DNA from: Octopus sinensis | Taxonomy: Eukaryota | Length of the DNA stretch: 64,000 nucleotides | Reading direction: 5' to 3' | NCBI RefSeq assembly: GCF_006345805.1 | Contig: NC_043003.1 | Coordinates: forward strand, 33,418,001-33,482,000 | Shown: positions 1 through 13,663 of the stretch, in pieces | Position numbering within the stretch: the stretch's first letter is position 1 | How the letters are laid out: every line of letters begins with the position of its first letter | The notes under the pieces: model-generated | Database searches by the model: none | Seen by the model: the letters and a program-made list of their open reading frames with translations, nothing else | Told to the model about the DNA's origin: nothing | Made by a program: the position numbers and the translations under genes

Positions 1-704
1 TATATATATATAGAGAGAGACAGACAAATATATGGACACACATATCTACCGAGAAAGTGGGACGGACAGAAAGACTGAGAAGAATGTAGGGAGTGAAGGT
101 GGGAAGGAAAAGAGAAACTGTCACTTAACAGTTCTTGATACAGAACGTGGTATCGAAATAACACGTTTCAATTACGTCAATGCAAATACGTCTGTATGTA
201 CCCCCGCCACAAAGGCTCACCCATGCTTACACACACTTTCATCTATCTAATTATGTATGCACGCAAGCACAAATTTATGTGTATGTATGTGTGTGCTCGT
301 GTGTAATAATATTAATGTATCGTTGAATAAGAAAATATAAGCAGCTTATTTAAATTCATATATAGTGTGTGCATAATTTGGTTAATATTCTGTTGTAATA
401 CATTATATATTGTAATAATATTCAGTCTCTTTTTCGTATTTTTGTACCAAATGAGTCATTTTGTACACATGGGAATATTTACATATGCACACTATTGACC
501 TATACATGCAAATATCTGTTGTTCATTATCATTGTATGTGGCACGCTTAACATCATATTCTTCCTAAAACAGTTATTCGTAGGGATTACTGCGTCTTCAT
601 GCATCATGTATCGGAATGTGGAAACTTAAAAAAGGCAAAAATAATCCGAAGACTGCGAGGAAGCTTATAACGTTCATAGCTAACATATCTATATATGTAT
701 ATAT

Positions 705-778
<74 letters not shown>

Positions 779-801
779 GTGCGTGTGTGTGTGTATGTAT
801 G

Positions 802-839
<38 letters not shown>

Positions 840-945
840 CATATATGTAAGATTGTATGTATATATGTATATATATATATATATATATACATACATATAT
901 GTAAGATTGTATGTATATATGTATATATATACACATGTATATATA

Positions 946-1009
<64 letters not shown>

Positions 1010-1013
<4 letters not shown>

Positions 1014-3727
1014 TAGATAAACTTAGATATGTTTCGACCAAAGATTGGTCCAGGCCATGTCTAACTTAATAGCACCACCTGATAGGATTATTCGAATCCT
1101 GTTTAAGTCAAGTTTTGTTCAAGTAGTGAGTTCTTGTTGGGTGAGTTGTATCCAGTTTTGTTCAAGTAGTGAGTTGTTGGGTGAGTTGTATCCAATTATG
1201 GGTGGCTTATCTGGTATTCTTTGAAGGAATCTATCCAGACTCTGTTTAAAGTTGATGGGATCCTTTTCCTCTTTGATCTCCCTCGGGACAATGTTAAATA
1301 GGGCAGGGTCTGTTGAGGAAAAGAAATTATGTTGCAGTGTACATGTATGTTGTGATCTTGAATTGGGCAGGGGACGTATAGCCCGTGGTCCAAGTCTTGG
1401 ATGAACCTTGAAGCTAATGTTTAGGTCGTTTGGGCAAAGTTGGCGGTATATTTTCCACATCGTACAAATGATGTACCGCTCACGGCGACGCTGGTGGGAG
1501 TAAAGTTTCAAGGCTTTAAGGCGATCCCAATAATCGAGAGCAGCCATGCCTTCAATTTGTTTGTCGTCAACAATTACATCCAGGTCTCTGATATTGTTAG
1601 AGGCTGTGAGCGGTTCCCCTGAAGGAAGAGAGTATGGTTGTTTTAGTGAGGAATTTCTTCCAAAATGCATCAGCTCAAATTTTCCCTCATTCAATTGCAT
1701 TTTGTTTCTGTCTGCCCATTGACTCACAGCATATAGATCAGACTGGAGTTGAGTTCGGTCTGCTTCTTCATTGACGATTTGCTGGAGCTTAGTGTCATCA
1801 GCGAATATTTTCACTTTGCAGTAATGTACGACACTGGAAAGGTCGTTTACGTAAATTATGAAGAGTAGCGGACCCAAAACAGTTCCCTGGGGAACACCGC
1901 TGGTGTCTTTTGTTGGGTTTGAGTGGACTCCATCAACTACAACATGTGTTCTATTCGCCAGGAAATACTTAATCCAGTGTAGAACTTTTCCACGGATTCC
2001 AACATTTGCCAATTTTGAGAGTAGGATGTTATGGTCTACCCTGTCGAACGCTTTACTGAAGTCAAGATATATGACGTCAGAGTTCGAACATGTTCCCAAG
2101 GCTTTGAGTACATCTTCAATGTGGTGTAAGAGCTGTGTTAGACAGTCCCTGCCACAGCGAAAGCCATGCTGATTTGAATTTAGGAGTTTGTGGGTCTCCA
2201 GGACGTCAGCTATCCTTGATCTTAACACTCTTTCAAACACTTTAATGATGTGGGAGGTGAGTGAGATTGGGCGATAGTTGACTGCGAGGGATCTGTTTCC
2301 CTGTTTGAAAACCGGGATGACCGACTGGGATAGAAACTGTTTCGGTATATAACCTGCGTCTAACGAATTTCTCCAGAGGTTGGTCAGAGGGACTGCAAGT
2401 TGATATCTACATTCCTTCAGGAGACTAGCGGGAAATCTATCAGGACCTACAGCAGAGTAATGTTTGACCTCATTTATTGCTGCTACGATGTCGGTGGCAG
2501 TGAAGGTTATGTCTGAGATTTTGTGTTGGGAGTCAACTTCGTTCGTTTTCCTTACGTCAATATCAGTGGGAACACTAAAGACAGAGCAGTATTGTTTCTG
2601 TAGTATTTCTGCCATTTCTTAGCATCGTGTTGGGGAATGCCGTTATCGTCAATCAGTGGCCCAATGGGTGAGACAGTGGTTCTATGCTTATTTCCATAAG
2701 AATAGAACACTTTTGGGTTCTGTTTGATGTTTTTGATTACCCTTTGTTCCTCCACAGCTTTTTGATTTTCAATGGAGGTTTTCATGTTGGTCTGCAGATG
2801 AAGTTTTTCCAGCTCTAGTCTTTTCATTGTTGTCGAATGTGGATGTTGTGTGTGGGAATATTTTAATTGGTTGATTTTTTTGTTGAGTCTTTTGATGCGC
2901 CTGATGAGTGTTTTTTTCTTTTTAGGGAGCCGGTTTCTGTTTGTGTTAGTAGATTTCTTGGGAGCGTGTTTAGAGCATGTATAGGTGACAATGTTTTCAA
3001 AGTGCTGCCACGCGGTCTCAATATGAGAGGAATTGAGAGTAAAAGACCAGTCGATGGAAGACAGGTCCTTTCTGATTGTTCCCCAGTCCGCTTTGTGGAC
3101 GTTTATGTTGTCAAATGGGTGCCATGGAGTGGGATTGGCTGGTTTGGTTTTTATGTCGGGAATTAAGATTGCAGAGTACCATGTCGTGGTTTGAGAGGAG
3201 AGTTTTTTCGACTGAAATGCTGTGAACGTAGCTAGAGTGATTGGTCAATACCAGGTCCAAGATCGTTTTATTCTGTCTCGTTGGTTCAAGCACTAGCTGA
3301 GTCAGGAAATACTCATCCATCAGATTAAAGAGCAGTTCTGCTGCTGCTCTATCTGATGTAGAGCACTTGCCTAACTTCAGAGTATTTGTGGGCCTGTTCA
3401 CATGAGGGAGGTTAAAATCACCCATCACTAGTATGTTTCCGGAGTGGTACTTCCGAAGGAACGACTTAACTTTGCTAAGGCACTCTTCAAAGTACTTTAG
3501 AGGTGCCTGGGGAGGCCTGTAAAGACCAACAATGGTTATGTCCTTGGCTTTGTTGTATAGTGATACCGATTCACAGTAGCCATTGGAAAATATGTCCTTG
3601 GCATCAAGTGAAACGGAGTCATGGATAAAGATGGCTGTCCCTCCCTTATTTCGGTCTGTGCGATCCGCACGAACAATGGTGAAATCTTTTATTTTCACCT
3701 CTGCGTCCATATGGGTGTTGTTCAGGT
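1010..3727 (-). mobile_element. CR1/L2-type non-LTR retrotransposon, ORF2 (APE endonuclease + reverse transcriptase), frameshifted and 5'-truncated
   Basis: ORF 3111..3809 has EN motifs (GLYRPP, MGDFNLP, ILDLVLTN, SNHDMV). ORF 1119..2615 has RT motifs (NYRPISLTS, NQHGFR, YLDFSKAFDRVDH, SGVPQGTVLGPLLF, FADDTK). 3' tail ends in a stem-loop plus (TATCTAAGTT)x2 at ~1010-1050. Confidence 0.93.
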
Positions 3728-3728
3728 T

Positions 3729-4268
3729 AATATATATATATATATATATATAAAACTGTAGTTGTGTGAGTGTCTGTCCCCTTCGATTTAGATTCCTAAC
3801 TACTCCCACATTTTGCGGTGCAGTTTAACCAAATTCGGGTATCTTATAGTCGTGATTCATATCGAGCCCGTCTGCGTATTAGCGCGCATCTACGATGAGT
3901 CTACGATTTTAAAAATAATTTAACATCATTTTTATTCCATTTTAATGCATAATTTTTCGTGTGTCGATCGCGGCGGAGTTGGCGTCCATGGTTACACCTG
4001 CACCTGTTTGCTTCTCCCCCTTCTTCCCTCCCTCGTGAAGCTGTGGGGAAGGGAGTGTAAGGAAATCAACGTTGTAATGCGTTGTCAAGGAGACCAGCGT
4101 TCTTGTAGAACAACGACTTCATGGCTTGAAGACACTGAGTCAACGATTTAAAAAAAAAATTACCATAAGTTTTTATTCCATTTTTAATGCATTTTTTTCC
4201 TTTAGCTCTCTACAAATGCTTATATAGTTATTTCCTTTACAAACCCAAGCAACGCCGGGCGATTCTGA
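3729..4268 (+). mobile_element. Non-autonomous Helitron copy, terminal CTAG missing
   Basis: Reverse-complement homologue of 50939..51573. Starts TATATAAAACTGTAGTTGTGTGAG and has subterminal hairpin CCCAAGCAACGCCGGG at ~4243-4259. Confidence 0.8.
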
Positions 4269-4352
4269 CTTGAAAGACTTCACCAGGTGGTGCTATTAAG
4301 TTAGACATGGCCTGGGCCAATAATGGCCGAAACCTATCAAAGTATCAAAGTA
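4269..4352 (+). mobile_element. Isolated 3' tail of the same CR1/L2-type LINE family
   Basis: CAGGTGGTGCTATTAAGTTAGACATGGCCTGG is the exact reverse complement of ~1050-1081. Followed by GGCCAATAATGGCC hairpin, GAAAC and (TATCAAAG)x2. Confidence 0.8.
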
Positions 4353-4385
<33 letters not shown>

Positions 4386-4388
<3 letters not shown>

Positions 4389-4979
4389 ATATAAGGAATA
4401 TTAGCCAACTGAATATGGCTAGGGACAGGGCAGGGTGGTGGGGGTGTCACTGTTGCATTTAGCCCCAGGCAAACATCAACGTCACCAGATAGGCCGACGC
4501 CATTAAGGCGTCCTCTATCTTGCAAAGGGAGATCATTCCCCAAGAAGCGGATACCACACACGGACCTAGGTTTCAAGGTGTATTGCCTATTATCAACGTG
4601 TGGTAGGCACCGCTTCTCGACGAACGACCAACCGTGCAAGATATATATAAAGATTTTCAAGTAAATACATTTACTGATTTCGAAAATCTGTTCGACAGCA
4701 ATAATAATTCTCTAAATGAGATATAGACAGTGACTGCTCCATAATATAAGGGATATTAGCCAACTGAATATGGCTAGGGACAGGGCAGGGTGGTGGGGTT
4801 GTCACTGTTGCATTTAGCCCCAGGCGAACATCAACGTCACCAGATAGGCCGACGTCATTACGGCGTCCTCTATCTTGCAAAGGGAGATCATTCCCCAAGA
4901 AGCGGATACCACACACGGACCTAGGTTTCAAGGTGTATTGCCTATTATCAACGTGTGGTAGGCACCGCTTCTCGACGAA

Positions 4980-4982
<3 letters not shown>
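4386..4982. repeat. Near-identical ~240-bp direct duplication (4386-4627 and 4741-4982) of an unclassified repeat
   Basis: The two copies align directly with only a few substitutions; ORFs 4337..4660 and 4671..5066 share the same peptide. Confidence 0.9.
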
Positions 4983-5014
<32 letters not shown>

Positions 5015-5017
<3 letters not shown>

Positions 5018-5138
5018 CGGGAAGCTTTATGAAAATAGACAAAAGACGAAGGCAGGTGGAAAACAAACGAACAATTGTATTAGTATGGCGGTCAGGAAAT
5101 ATAAATAAAACAAGTCTTTAACGTTTCGAGCCTACGCT

Positions 5139-5140
<2 letters not shown>
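5015..5140 (-). mobile_element. Penelope-like pseudo-LTR fragment with the 3' half of a hammerhead-like motif
   Basis: Minus strand reads GAGCGTAGGCTC (hairpin)-GAAAC-GTTAAAGAC. Flanked by (TA)n. A related sequence lies in the opposite orientation at ~28440-28590. Confidence 0.55.
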
Positions 5141-5958
<818 letters not shown>

Positions 5959-6038
5959 TATATATATATATAAAATATTATTAGACACAATCCTAAATCT
6001 GATTTTTTCCCTGTAAATTTGGATTTATTCCCTAATAT

Positions 6039-6142
<104 letters not shown>

Positions 6143-6288
6143 ATATACATCTATATATATTCATCAATGTGTATACATCTATCTGTCTATCTATCTATCT
6201 ATCTATCTATCTATATATCTATCTATCTATCTATCTGTCAATCTGTGTGTCTGCCTGTTTGTCTATCTAACTATCTATAAACGCAGAT

Positions 6289-6327
<39 letters not shown>

Positions 6328-6778
6328 TTCCTCACGCAACTTGATTACTTCCAGTTATGCCAATGCATGTAATGTCTTACATTTGAATTAAGATTGTAAG
6401 TGTTAATATCTAATTATACGTATTCATGGGATTAATTCGTATTCTTTGGATTAATGCATAAATATTCATATTCATGGGAATCGAAATATGATACTTCACT
6501 ATGTTAGATAGTAATAAAATAGCCTCCAGAGAGATGAGTAAACCATGAATGAATTATCTAAAATTCTTGGGTGTGTAAACTATGAATGAAATAAATGTTT
6601 ATGGAAGCAAACACATTTGTTTGTACCTGTAAAACGCTTGTAACCTAGTACGATCAGGCAAATGGTCAATGATGATGTTATCGCTAATATACATCTTATT
6701 TATATGCAAATGTAATCTATTAAATACACACACACGCGCGCGCGCGCGCACACACACACACACATACATATATATATA

Positions 6779-6820
<42 letters not shown>

Positions 6821-7099
6821 TATGTGTGTGTGTGTGTGTTTTGTGTGATGGTTGTCTACTCCTTATGGTGGTTCTCTACTCAGGGTCTGACCACCTATTG
6901 CACTTACACCTGAGATCCATCATGGTGCATGATGTGGTTTTTTTTAACTGGACAATGTATTGAAAAGAGACCCACATAGATTGCATATGTGATTTGGATC
7001 ACCAAGCGTTCCAGTTAAGTTCTGATCTTTGTGGATCATAAAATGTATATGTATGATAGATATACATACATACATACATATGCATACATACGTTGTGTG

Positions 7100-7129
<30 letters not shown>

Positions 7130-7136
<7 letters not shown>

Positions 7137-7480
7137 TTATGACAATACCATACCATATTTATTCGATACGACCACCTCTCTTTCGAATTATAGACTCAAG
7201 TCTAAGTGCGAATGCTTCACACGCGGTACGCATTGTTCTTGCAGAATCGAAGCCTATTCCTTGTGTAGTTTTGCGTTCAGAGCATCAAGAAGCGCTCGAA
7301 AATGGACGAACCAGAAACAAAAAGCAACGGTTTCAGATGGAAGTTTCTTGAAGGCCATGCATCATTGCTTATGAAAGACGGAATGCTTTTCTGAATAGTG
7401 TTGTGTTTGTTTGGAGTTGTAGGATGGTGCTGAGTTCTGTTGGAATCTATGAAGTGCACCACGAAAGTGCTCATTTCCCT
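7130..7480 (-). mobile_element. Degraded Tc1/maT-type transposase C-terminal remnant
   Basis: Minus-strand peptides FQQNSAPSYNSKQTQ (FQQDxAPxH), WPSRNFHLKPL (WPPxSPDLNPL) and RLESIIRKRGGRIE* match the Tc1/maT C-terminus. Confidence 0.7.
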
Positions 7481-7678
7481 TTGGAAGCAGTTCGGCTTCT
7501 AGAATTCGGTAAATTATCGCTGGGTGTTAATTTTAACACCCTACAAAAAAATAACATGGGGAGACATTCCGGTGGATCTCTCAGCGGTTCAAACTATATT
7601 TGACTGTGGATTTTGACTTCGATTGATAAGTCTACCCTCCCTCGACGGAATCAGATACATTTCAATGTCGGTGATTCA

Positions 7679-7883
7679 AATTTTGATAAAAGACCAGCAA
7701 TTTAGTGGATAGGGATATGTCGATTACATCAACTCCAGTGTTCAACTGATACTTATCTTATAGGTCCCGAAGGACGAAAGACAAATTCAACCTTGTCGGA
7801 ATTGGAACTCAAAATGTAAGGACGGACGAAATGCTGATAAGCATTTTGCTCGGTTTACTAACATTACTTCCAGCTCGCCGCCT
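7679..7883 (-). mobile_element. tRNA-derived SINE, family C
   Basis: Reverse complement of the GGCGGCGAGCTGG...GAGTTC...CTTTCGTCCTTCGGG pattern also seen at 10467, 41547, 50080, 63945. Confidence 0.7.
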
Positions 7884-7989
7884 TATATCAAACAAATATT
7901 AATAATAATTGTTCAATATAAAATATATAAATTCTAGATGTTTCTCAAGGATTTTACACTTCTGCAAAGAATGATTAGAATGGTGTATT

Positions 7990-10330
7990 ATAATTCTTGA
8001 TTTAATTATCAAACATAGGCTATTCACTCTAACAGAAACTTCTTTGTAAGTTTTGGAAACAATACCTGTGACCTGCGACTACTTGTTGGACATATTGTAG
8101 CTGCTTCCTTAGGTCTGGTCTTTTTACGTGAACGATTGAAAAAGTTCAATTCTTCTGGAACTATTTCTCTCCCTTTAAAGAAATGTTCTAGTAGAGGTGC
8201 CTGAATGTAATAACTGAGTAGATATTTCTGAGATAGCAACAAATTTTCAATGTTTGTGAAGAAAAATATCAGCTAAAGATTTCGGGATAGATTACCAGTA
8301 CAGACTGTTTTGTTAGATTTATATAAATCACGAACTTTCATTATTTACTTTTTAGCTGTTTCATTTAAAAAAAGAAATTGCCATTTTGACTTTCTCGGGT
8401 ATTGGTTATGATAGATCAAAGAGAGCGAAAGAAATATTTATTTCGAAAAGCTACCAACGACGTCGGATAAAAGACTTTAAGACTCCAAAATGAATGTCTT
8501 GTATTTTGCTTTCTGACTAGATTTTGAAAAAATTCAAGATCTTGTTTTCTTGGAAAAATAGCATCTATACACAGAACTATGAAATACTAAAATACTTAAA
8601 AAGAAATTACTAAAATAATTTTACCGGTGAGTGTGTTAATAATAAGGCACTAAAAGAGAATGACTCTCCCCAGACACAACAGAATATGCTTCAACACACG
8701 AACTCATATAAAGAATCTTGCAAGCAAAATCCAAAAACGAAATACTAAAATAAGTTTTAATCCTAAATCCAATCCTTGAGAAAGACGCATAGTTATAGAA
8801 TGAATTGGAGAAAGAACATTTCAAATTATTTTGAACCATCTAGAATTTTGAAGCCTATATAGCACGAGGCATCCATCCTTCTTAAGCCTAGGCTCCTGGC
8901 GCCATAAATACCCTGTTCTTGGCATCATTCCGAATTCCATCATGTAAAGAATAACAATTTGCAATAGTTTTCTGTTGTCAACACTTTGATATTTGGCTTT
9001 TAGAATGACTCTCAATAAGTTTAATATATTAATGGATAAAGGTTGCAAAGGATATGACATTTCAACATCTTCATCTGCGATTTTACAATTATGTTGGCTG
9101 GAAGAAGATTAAGTGTTTGAAAATATTCAAAAATTGTAAAGGTAGGACTTTTAGATGAGCCAGTTGAAAAAATTTTGAGAACACACCTTCAAGCAAAAGT
9201 TCGAATGTATAATAACGACAAGCTAAAACAAAAATGTCATATCGAAGGTTTCACTGAATTAAAACACACACACCTCGAGATATTTATGTATGGGTATTTG
9301 TTGTATCGAATCAGAGTTTTAATCTGGTTGTATACACCATAGTCATTAAGGTTTCGACAACAATTTCAGAGGTTTATTATGCCCTTGAATTCAAATCCTT
9401 GCATGAACTACAAGTTTACTACTGATATATCAAATAATAATATTTTTAAACATGTTTTGCAATCGTTAAATTTCTTTCAGTTTCAATAAATTCTTACATC
9501 TATTATCAGTCTCAGTCCAGAACAAGTAGATTTCTTGGATAAATAACTTTGTTATCAAATTTCTAAAGCACGTTATTTCTTATATCTAATTATACCGACC
9601 GAATTGCAATTGGAATCAATAAAAAATTAATGGGTTCTTGTATTTGTTGAAGAACGAAAGACAAATATACTTTGCTATTGTATCACACGTTTGTGTTCAG
9701 ACTTGAGCAGCAATATCTACTGGTGGAGACTTGCCTCTTGAATTGCTTTCCGGTACAATTTTTCTCTGCTTCGCTTGCAGTTCGCAGGCGAATTTACATC
9801 ATTAATTGACGCAGAACGTATCTGAATCTTTACTTTTCAAGTATTTATAAATTTTTTCATCTCAGCCTTTTGAATGTATTCAACAATATGTCAATTTTTA
9901 TTCTTCAACTTGATTCGGGTTGAGCTACTAGGAAATTTTGTCATATTAATTGTTTATAAAAATATGTGAAATTCTTCGACAATATCGAAAAGGCCACTTC
10001 GACAATCCTTAAATTTGTCTTGATTGTTATGCCCTTCTACTTTGGCGATTCACATTTTATACCACAAGGGAATGTGTTTCCGAATATTTGTTTCATATTT
10101 TGGTGGAAATATTTCCGTCATACAATGTTTTCCTAACGCGGTTTACCGCAGTTACGACTCTTTCCGCCAAAGTATCAGTTTCTTCTCTGAAGATAAAACA
10201 AATATTTAAGAAATCCTCTTTCAATGGACAGTTTCCTGCAGGAATTAATGATGGTGATTATCCAACAAATCAATGAATGTTTATGCTAATTTCTAAAGCA
10301 AAATGTCATTTTATTAATGTTTAAAGTACA
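7990..10330 (-). mobile_element. Heavily degraded hATm-like DNA transposase
   Basis: Minus strand ~9310-9170 reads FDTTNTHT*ISRGVCVLIQ*NLRYDIFVLACRYYTFELLLEGVFSKFF (recalled family motif FDTTxxNTG..GACVLLE..LACRHHIFEL). ~8900-8840 reads PGA*A*EGWMPRAI (PGAxHHARWMxKAIY). Many stops and frameshifts; no TIRs found. Confidence 0.75.
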
Positions 10331-10466
10331 TAAGACTGAATGGATGAAAAATATGTATCTATCATATACAAATGTGAAAGGAAAACATTGTTAGAAATGT
10401 CAAATATCAAAATCTATCGAAATCATTTGAGCATGTTTAAAAAAAATTAATTATGAAGAAGATATC

Positions 10467-10685
10467 ATGGTAGCGAGCTTGCAGAATCGTTAGCAAGCTG
10501 GTAAAATCGCTTAGCAGCATTATGTACGTCTTTATGTTTTGAGTCCATGTTACACTGATATAGACTTTACCTTTCATCTTTCAGGGTCGATAAATTGAGC
10601 ACGAGTTGATTACTGGGGTCGATGTAATCGACTTATCCTCTTCCCTAAAATTGCTAGCCTTGTAACAAAATTAAAAACCAGTAAT
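10467..10685 (+). mobile_element. tRNA-derived SINE, family C
   Basis: GGTAGCGAGCTTGCAGAATCGTTAGC head and GACTTTACCTTTCATCTTTCAGGGTCGATAAATTGAG central block. Confidence 0.75.
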
Positions 10686-10710
10686 TAAGAAATTGCAGAA
10701 AAGCCAATTA

Positions 10711-11987
10711 TCAGGTCATGCCATAAGTTCTGTCCAATTTTACCTTTTTTTAAAAATTGAATGAAATTTTAATAGTATTTTAGAATGTCTAATGGAATTG
10801 GAAATTAATTTTATGCATGTATGTACATTTAAACTAATTAAATATTATTTTACAGAATAATAGAATTCAAATTTCTTTGATAAAAACTCTTTCTAACATG
10901 GAAGCATCCAAAAAGCTTTTGAGGCACATAATGTTTTATGAGTACAAAAAAGGAAACTCTGCAGCCGAAGCGACTCGAAACATACACTCAGTTTATGGGC
11001 AAGAATGCTTGAATGAAAGAACTTGCAGAAGATTGTTTGCAAAATTCAGAAGTGGAGATTTCAGCCTTGAAGATTAAGATCGAACAGGACGTCCGGTTGA
11101 GTTCGATGATAAGCTCCTTGAGGCATTACATGAAGAACATCCTGCATTATTAGTTGAAGAATTGGCAACAAAGCTTAGTTCAAACCATACAACTGTTCAT
11201 CGTCATCTTCAACAACTTGGAAAGGTTCCTAAACTTGGAAAATGGTACCTCATGAATAGTCGGAAAGCAACCACAAATCCCGAGTTGATATCTGCTCTTT
11301 TCTTCATTCTCGCGAACTCATTTCACTCTTTTGGGATAGACTTATGAGTGGTGACAGAAAATGGATCTTCTGTCGAAATGTTAAACGCCGTAACAGTGGT
11401 TTGGTAAAAGGGAAAAGGCTCAACCACAACCGAGAAAGGAACCTCATGGAAAAAAGGTTCTTCTCTCAATCTGGTGGGATTGCAACGGAGTAATTCACTT
11501 TGAATTTTTACCACCTAATGCAACACTCAATGCTCAAGTTTACTGTCAGCAATTAGAGCGTTTGAACCAAGCTTTGAAGACCCGCTTTAGAGAATCGAAA
11601 AGGAGTGATGTTTCATCAGGATAATGCGTGACCCCACACTGCAAAGATCACATCAAAGAAGATCGAAGAGCTTGGTTGAGAAAAAATTCCTCATCCAACT
11701 TATTCTCCCGACCTTGCTCCTTCAGACTACCATTTGTTTCGTAGCTTACAGAATCATTTGGAGGATATAACTTTCGCAAGCCCGAAGGAGTCGAAACTGA
11801 CATTTCAGAGTATTTCGCTTGGAAACCAAGGAGTTTTACATCGATGGGACTAAAACGCTTGTAAATAGATGGAAGGAAGTCATAGATAATCAGGGAGTAC
11901 ATTGATGATTAAATTTCAATTAAATATAACATTTGATCACTTGTTTTCTGTATTCAAAATTCGGACAGAACTTATGGGATGATCTGA
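10711..11987 (+). mobile_element. Full-length (1277 bp) mariner DD34D transposon with inactivated transposase (~10898-11912)
   Basis: TIRs TCAGGTCATGCCATAAGTTCTGTCC / GGACAGAACTTATGGGATGATCTGA, both flanked by TA. Motifs FRSGDFSLED, GKW, SGDRKW, HQDNA*PH, YSPDLAPSDYHLF. Stops and frameshifts present. Confidence 0.95.
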
Positions 11988-13267
11988 TAATAATGAAACC
12001 TGTAAAAAATAGTGAGTTCTACCTTATTTGACTTATAAAGCGAACTTTATAAATGCATCTAATACGCACGCGCACACACATACATACTCATACACACATA
12101 TAGGTATTATACATTATATCTAAACAATCTCTCTCTCTCTCTCTCTCTCCCTCTCACACACACACATGCACACAGACTCTAGATTGATAGATAGAGAAAT
12201 ATATATATATATTTAATTTCAGATATGATATTTACTTCATTGAATATCTGTGCTGAATTATGTACAACAGCCAAGTTATTCCTCAGAGTTCTACCCATGA
12301 ATAAATATTGGCAATTAAAAGTATAGATTTTAAATGCTAATTATCGTACATTCTGAAACTTTTCAATCGATGAAATCGTATTCACGGCTGCTGCGAGTGA
12401 ATTGTGTAAGTTTTAATTAAACATAGAGAAAATAGCCAGAAACACCCTCTTTTTTTCAAGGTAACATCACAGAACACAGTAAATTTCAAGAACTTACTTA
12501 ACGTTGCTAGTGTAATCAATAACTCCAATTAGAGCAGGATTACTAACCTGCTATTGTGTTATATTATAATTCATAAGTGAGAGAGTCTCCTGACCGATAG
12601 GCAAGTGACCACGAGGAAAAGAGATAACTGGAATAAATCTGAATTCTCGAAAACAGTAAATCAAAATTAAAAATATAAATGCAGGGTTTCAAAAAAGAGC
12701 AACAAATCATGGATAATTATTTGAAAACAACGACTAACATACTCAAAACTACTTATAAGAAAAAGGTAAAATTAAGTTCAAGAGGAAAAGTCAATACATT
12801 AGAATGCTTATCAAATAAATATTTGAATCCTTTCCTTTCATCCTTTAAGAAGGTAGGCTGCGATATGAGGGAGAAGAGATTGATATTTCTAGTGATTTAC
12901 ATGCTGAAGTGGAGGGACGCTTGTTGGTTCATTCAAATTTTGTGTACAAAAGAAATAAATAGCACGCGGTATGAAATGCAGCAACACGCTAAGTTCATTT
13001 TGTTTTTATAGTCACATTGTATATGCAATGGCAATGTGGACAGGTAAAGTTCAATGAACGGATGAACAATGTACCATCGTGAAAGTGACATTTACTTTGT
13101 GCGTAGAAGGGAATCCCTACATGGTCGCTTGACTTGTTAGACATAGTAATCAATTAGTGTATAAACCAGATTCTAATGTCTTCACCAAGCACATAGTGGC
13201 TAATGTAGTACAGAGTAGAATGTTGTTGAAAATAAGATAGTTTCGCGGCCATTGATTGATCAAACAT

Positions 13268-13663
13268 CTTTTACTCTTTTACTCTTTTACTTGTTTCAGT
13301 CATTTGACTGTGGCCATGCTGGAGCACCACCTTTAGTCGAGCAAATCGACCCCAGGACTTATTCTTTGTAAGCCTAGTACTTATTCTATCGGTGTCTTTT
13401 GCCGAACCGCTAAGTTACGGGGACGTAAACACACCAGCATCGGTTGTCAAGCGATGTTGGGAGGACAAACACAGACACACAAACACACACACATATATAC
13501 GACGAGATTCTTTCAGTTTCCGTCTACCAAATCCACACACAAGGCTTTGGTCGGCCCGAGACTATAGTCGAAGACACTTGCCCATGGTGCCACGCAGTGG
13601 GACTGAACCCGGAACTATGTGGTTCGTAAGCAAGCTACTTACCACACAGCCACTCCTACGCCT
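13268..13663 (-). mobile_element. Full-length tRNA-derived SINE, family B (octopus OK/OR-like, CORE-like centre)
   Basis: Reverse complement: GGCGTAGGAGTGGCTGTGTGGTAAGTAGCTTGCTT...GGGTTCAGTCCCACTGCGTGGCACC-TGGGCAAGTGTCTT...CCAGCATGGCC...(GTAAAAGA)n tail. Confidence 0.9.

Noticed and set aside
604-1041. YIYIYI / CVCVCV / LSIYLSIY / THTHTH ORFs here and throughout
   Set aside because: Stop-free translations of microsatellites on both strands.
1119-2615. 498-aa ORF as a host gene or retron-like RT
   Set aside because: Standard LINE ORF2 with upstream APE fragment, frameshifts and a LINE tail.
6850-7030. CNLC..HH zinc-finger-like peptide on the minus strand
   Set aside because: Short and stop-interrupted; may be a LINE C-terminal scrap, not supportable as an exon.
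12679-13011. 110-aa Lys-rich ORF
   Set aside because: AT-rich chance ORF with no motif.
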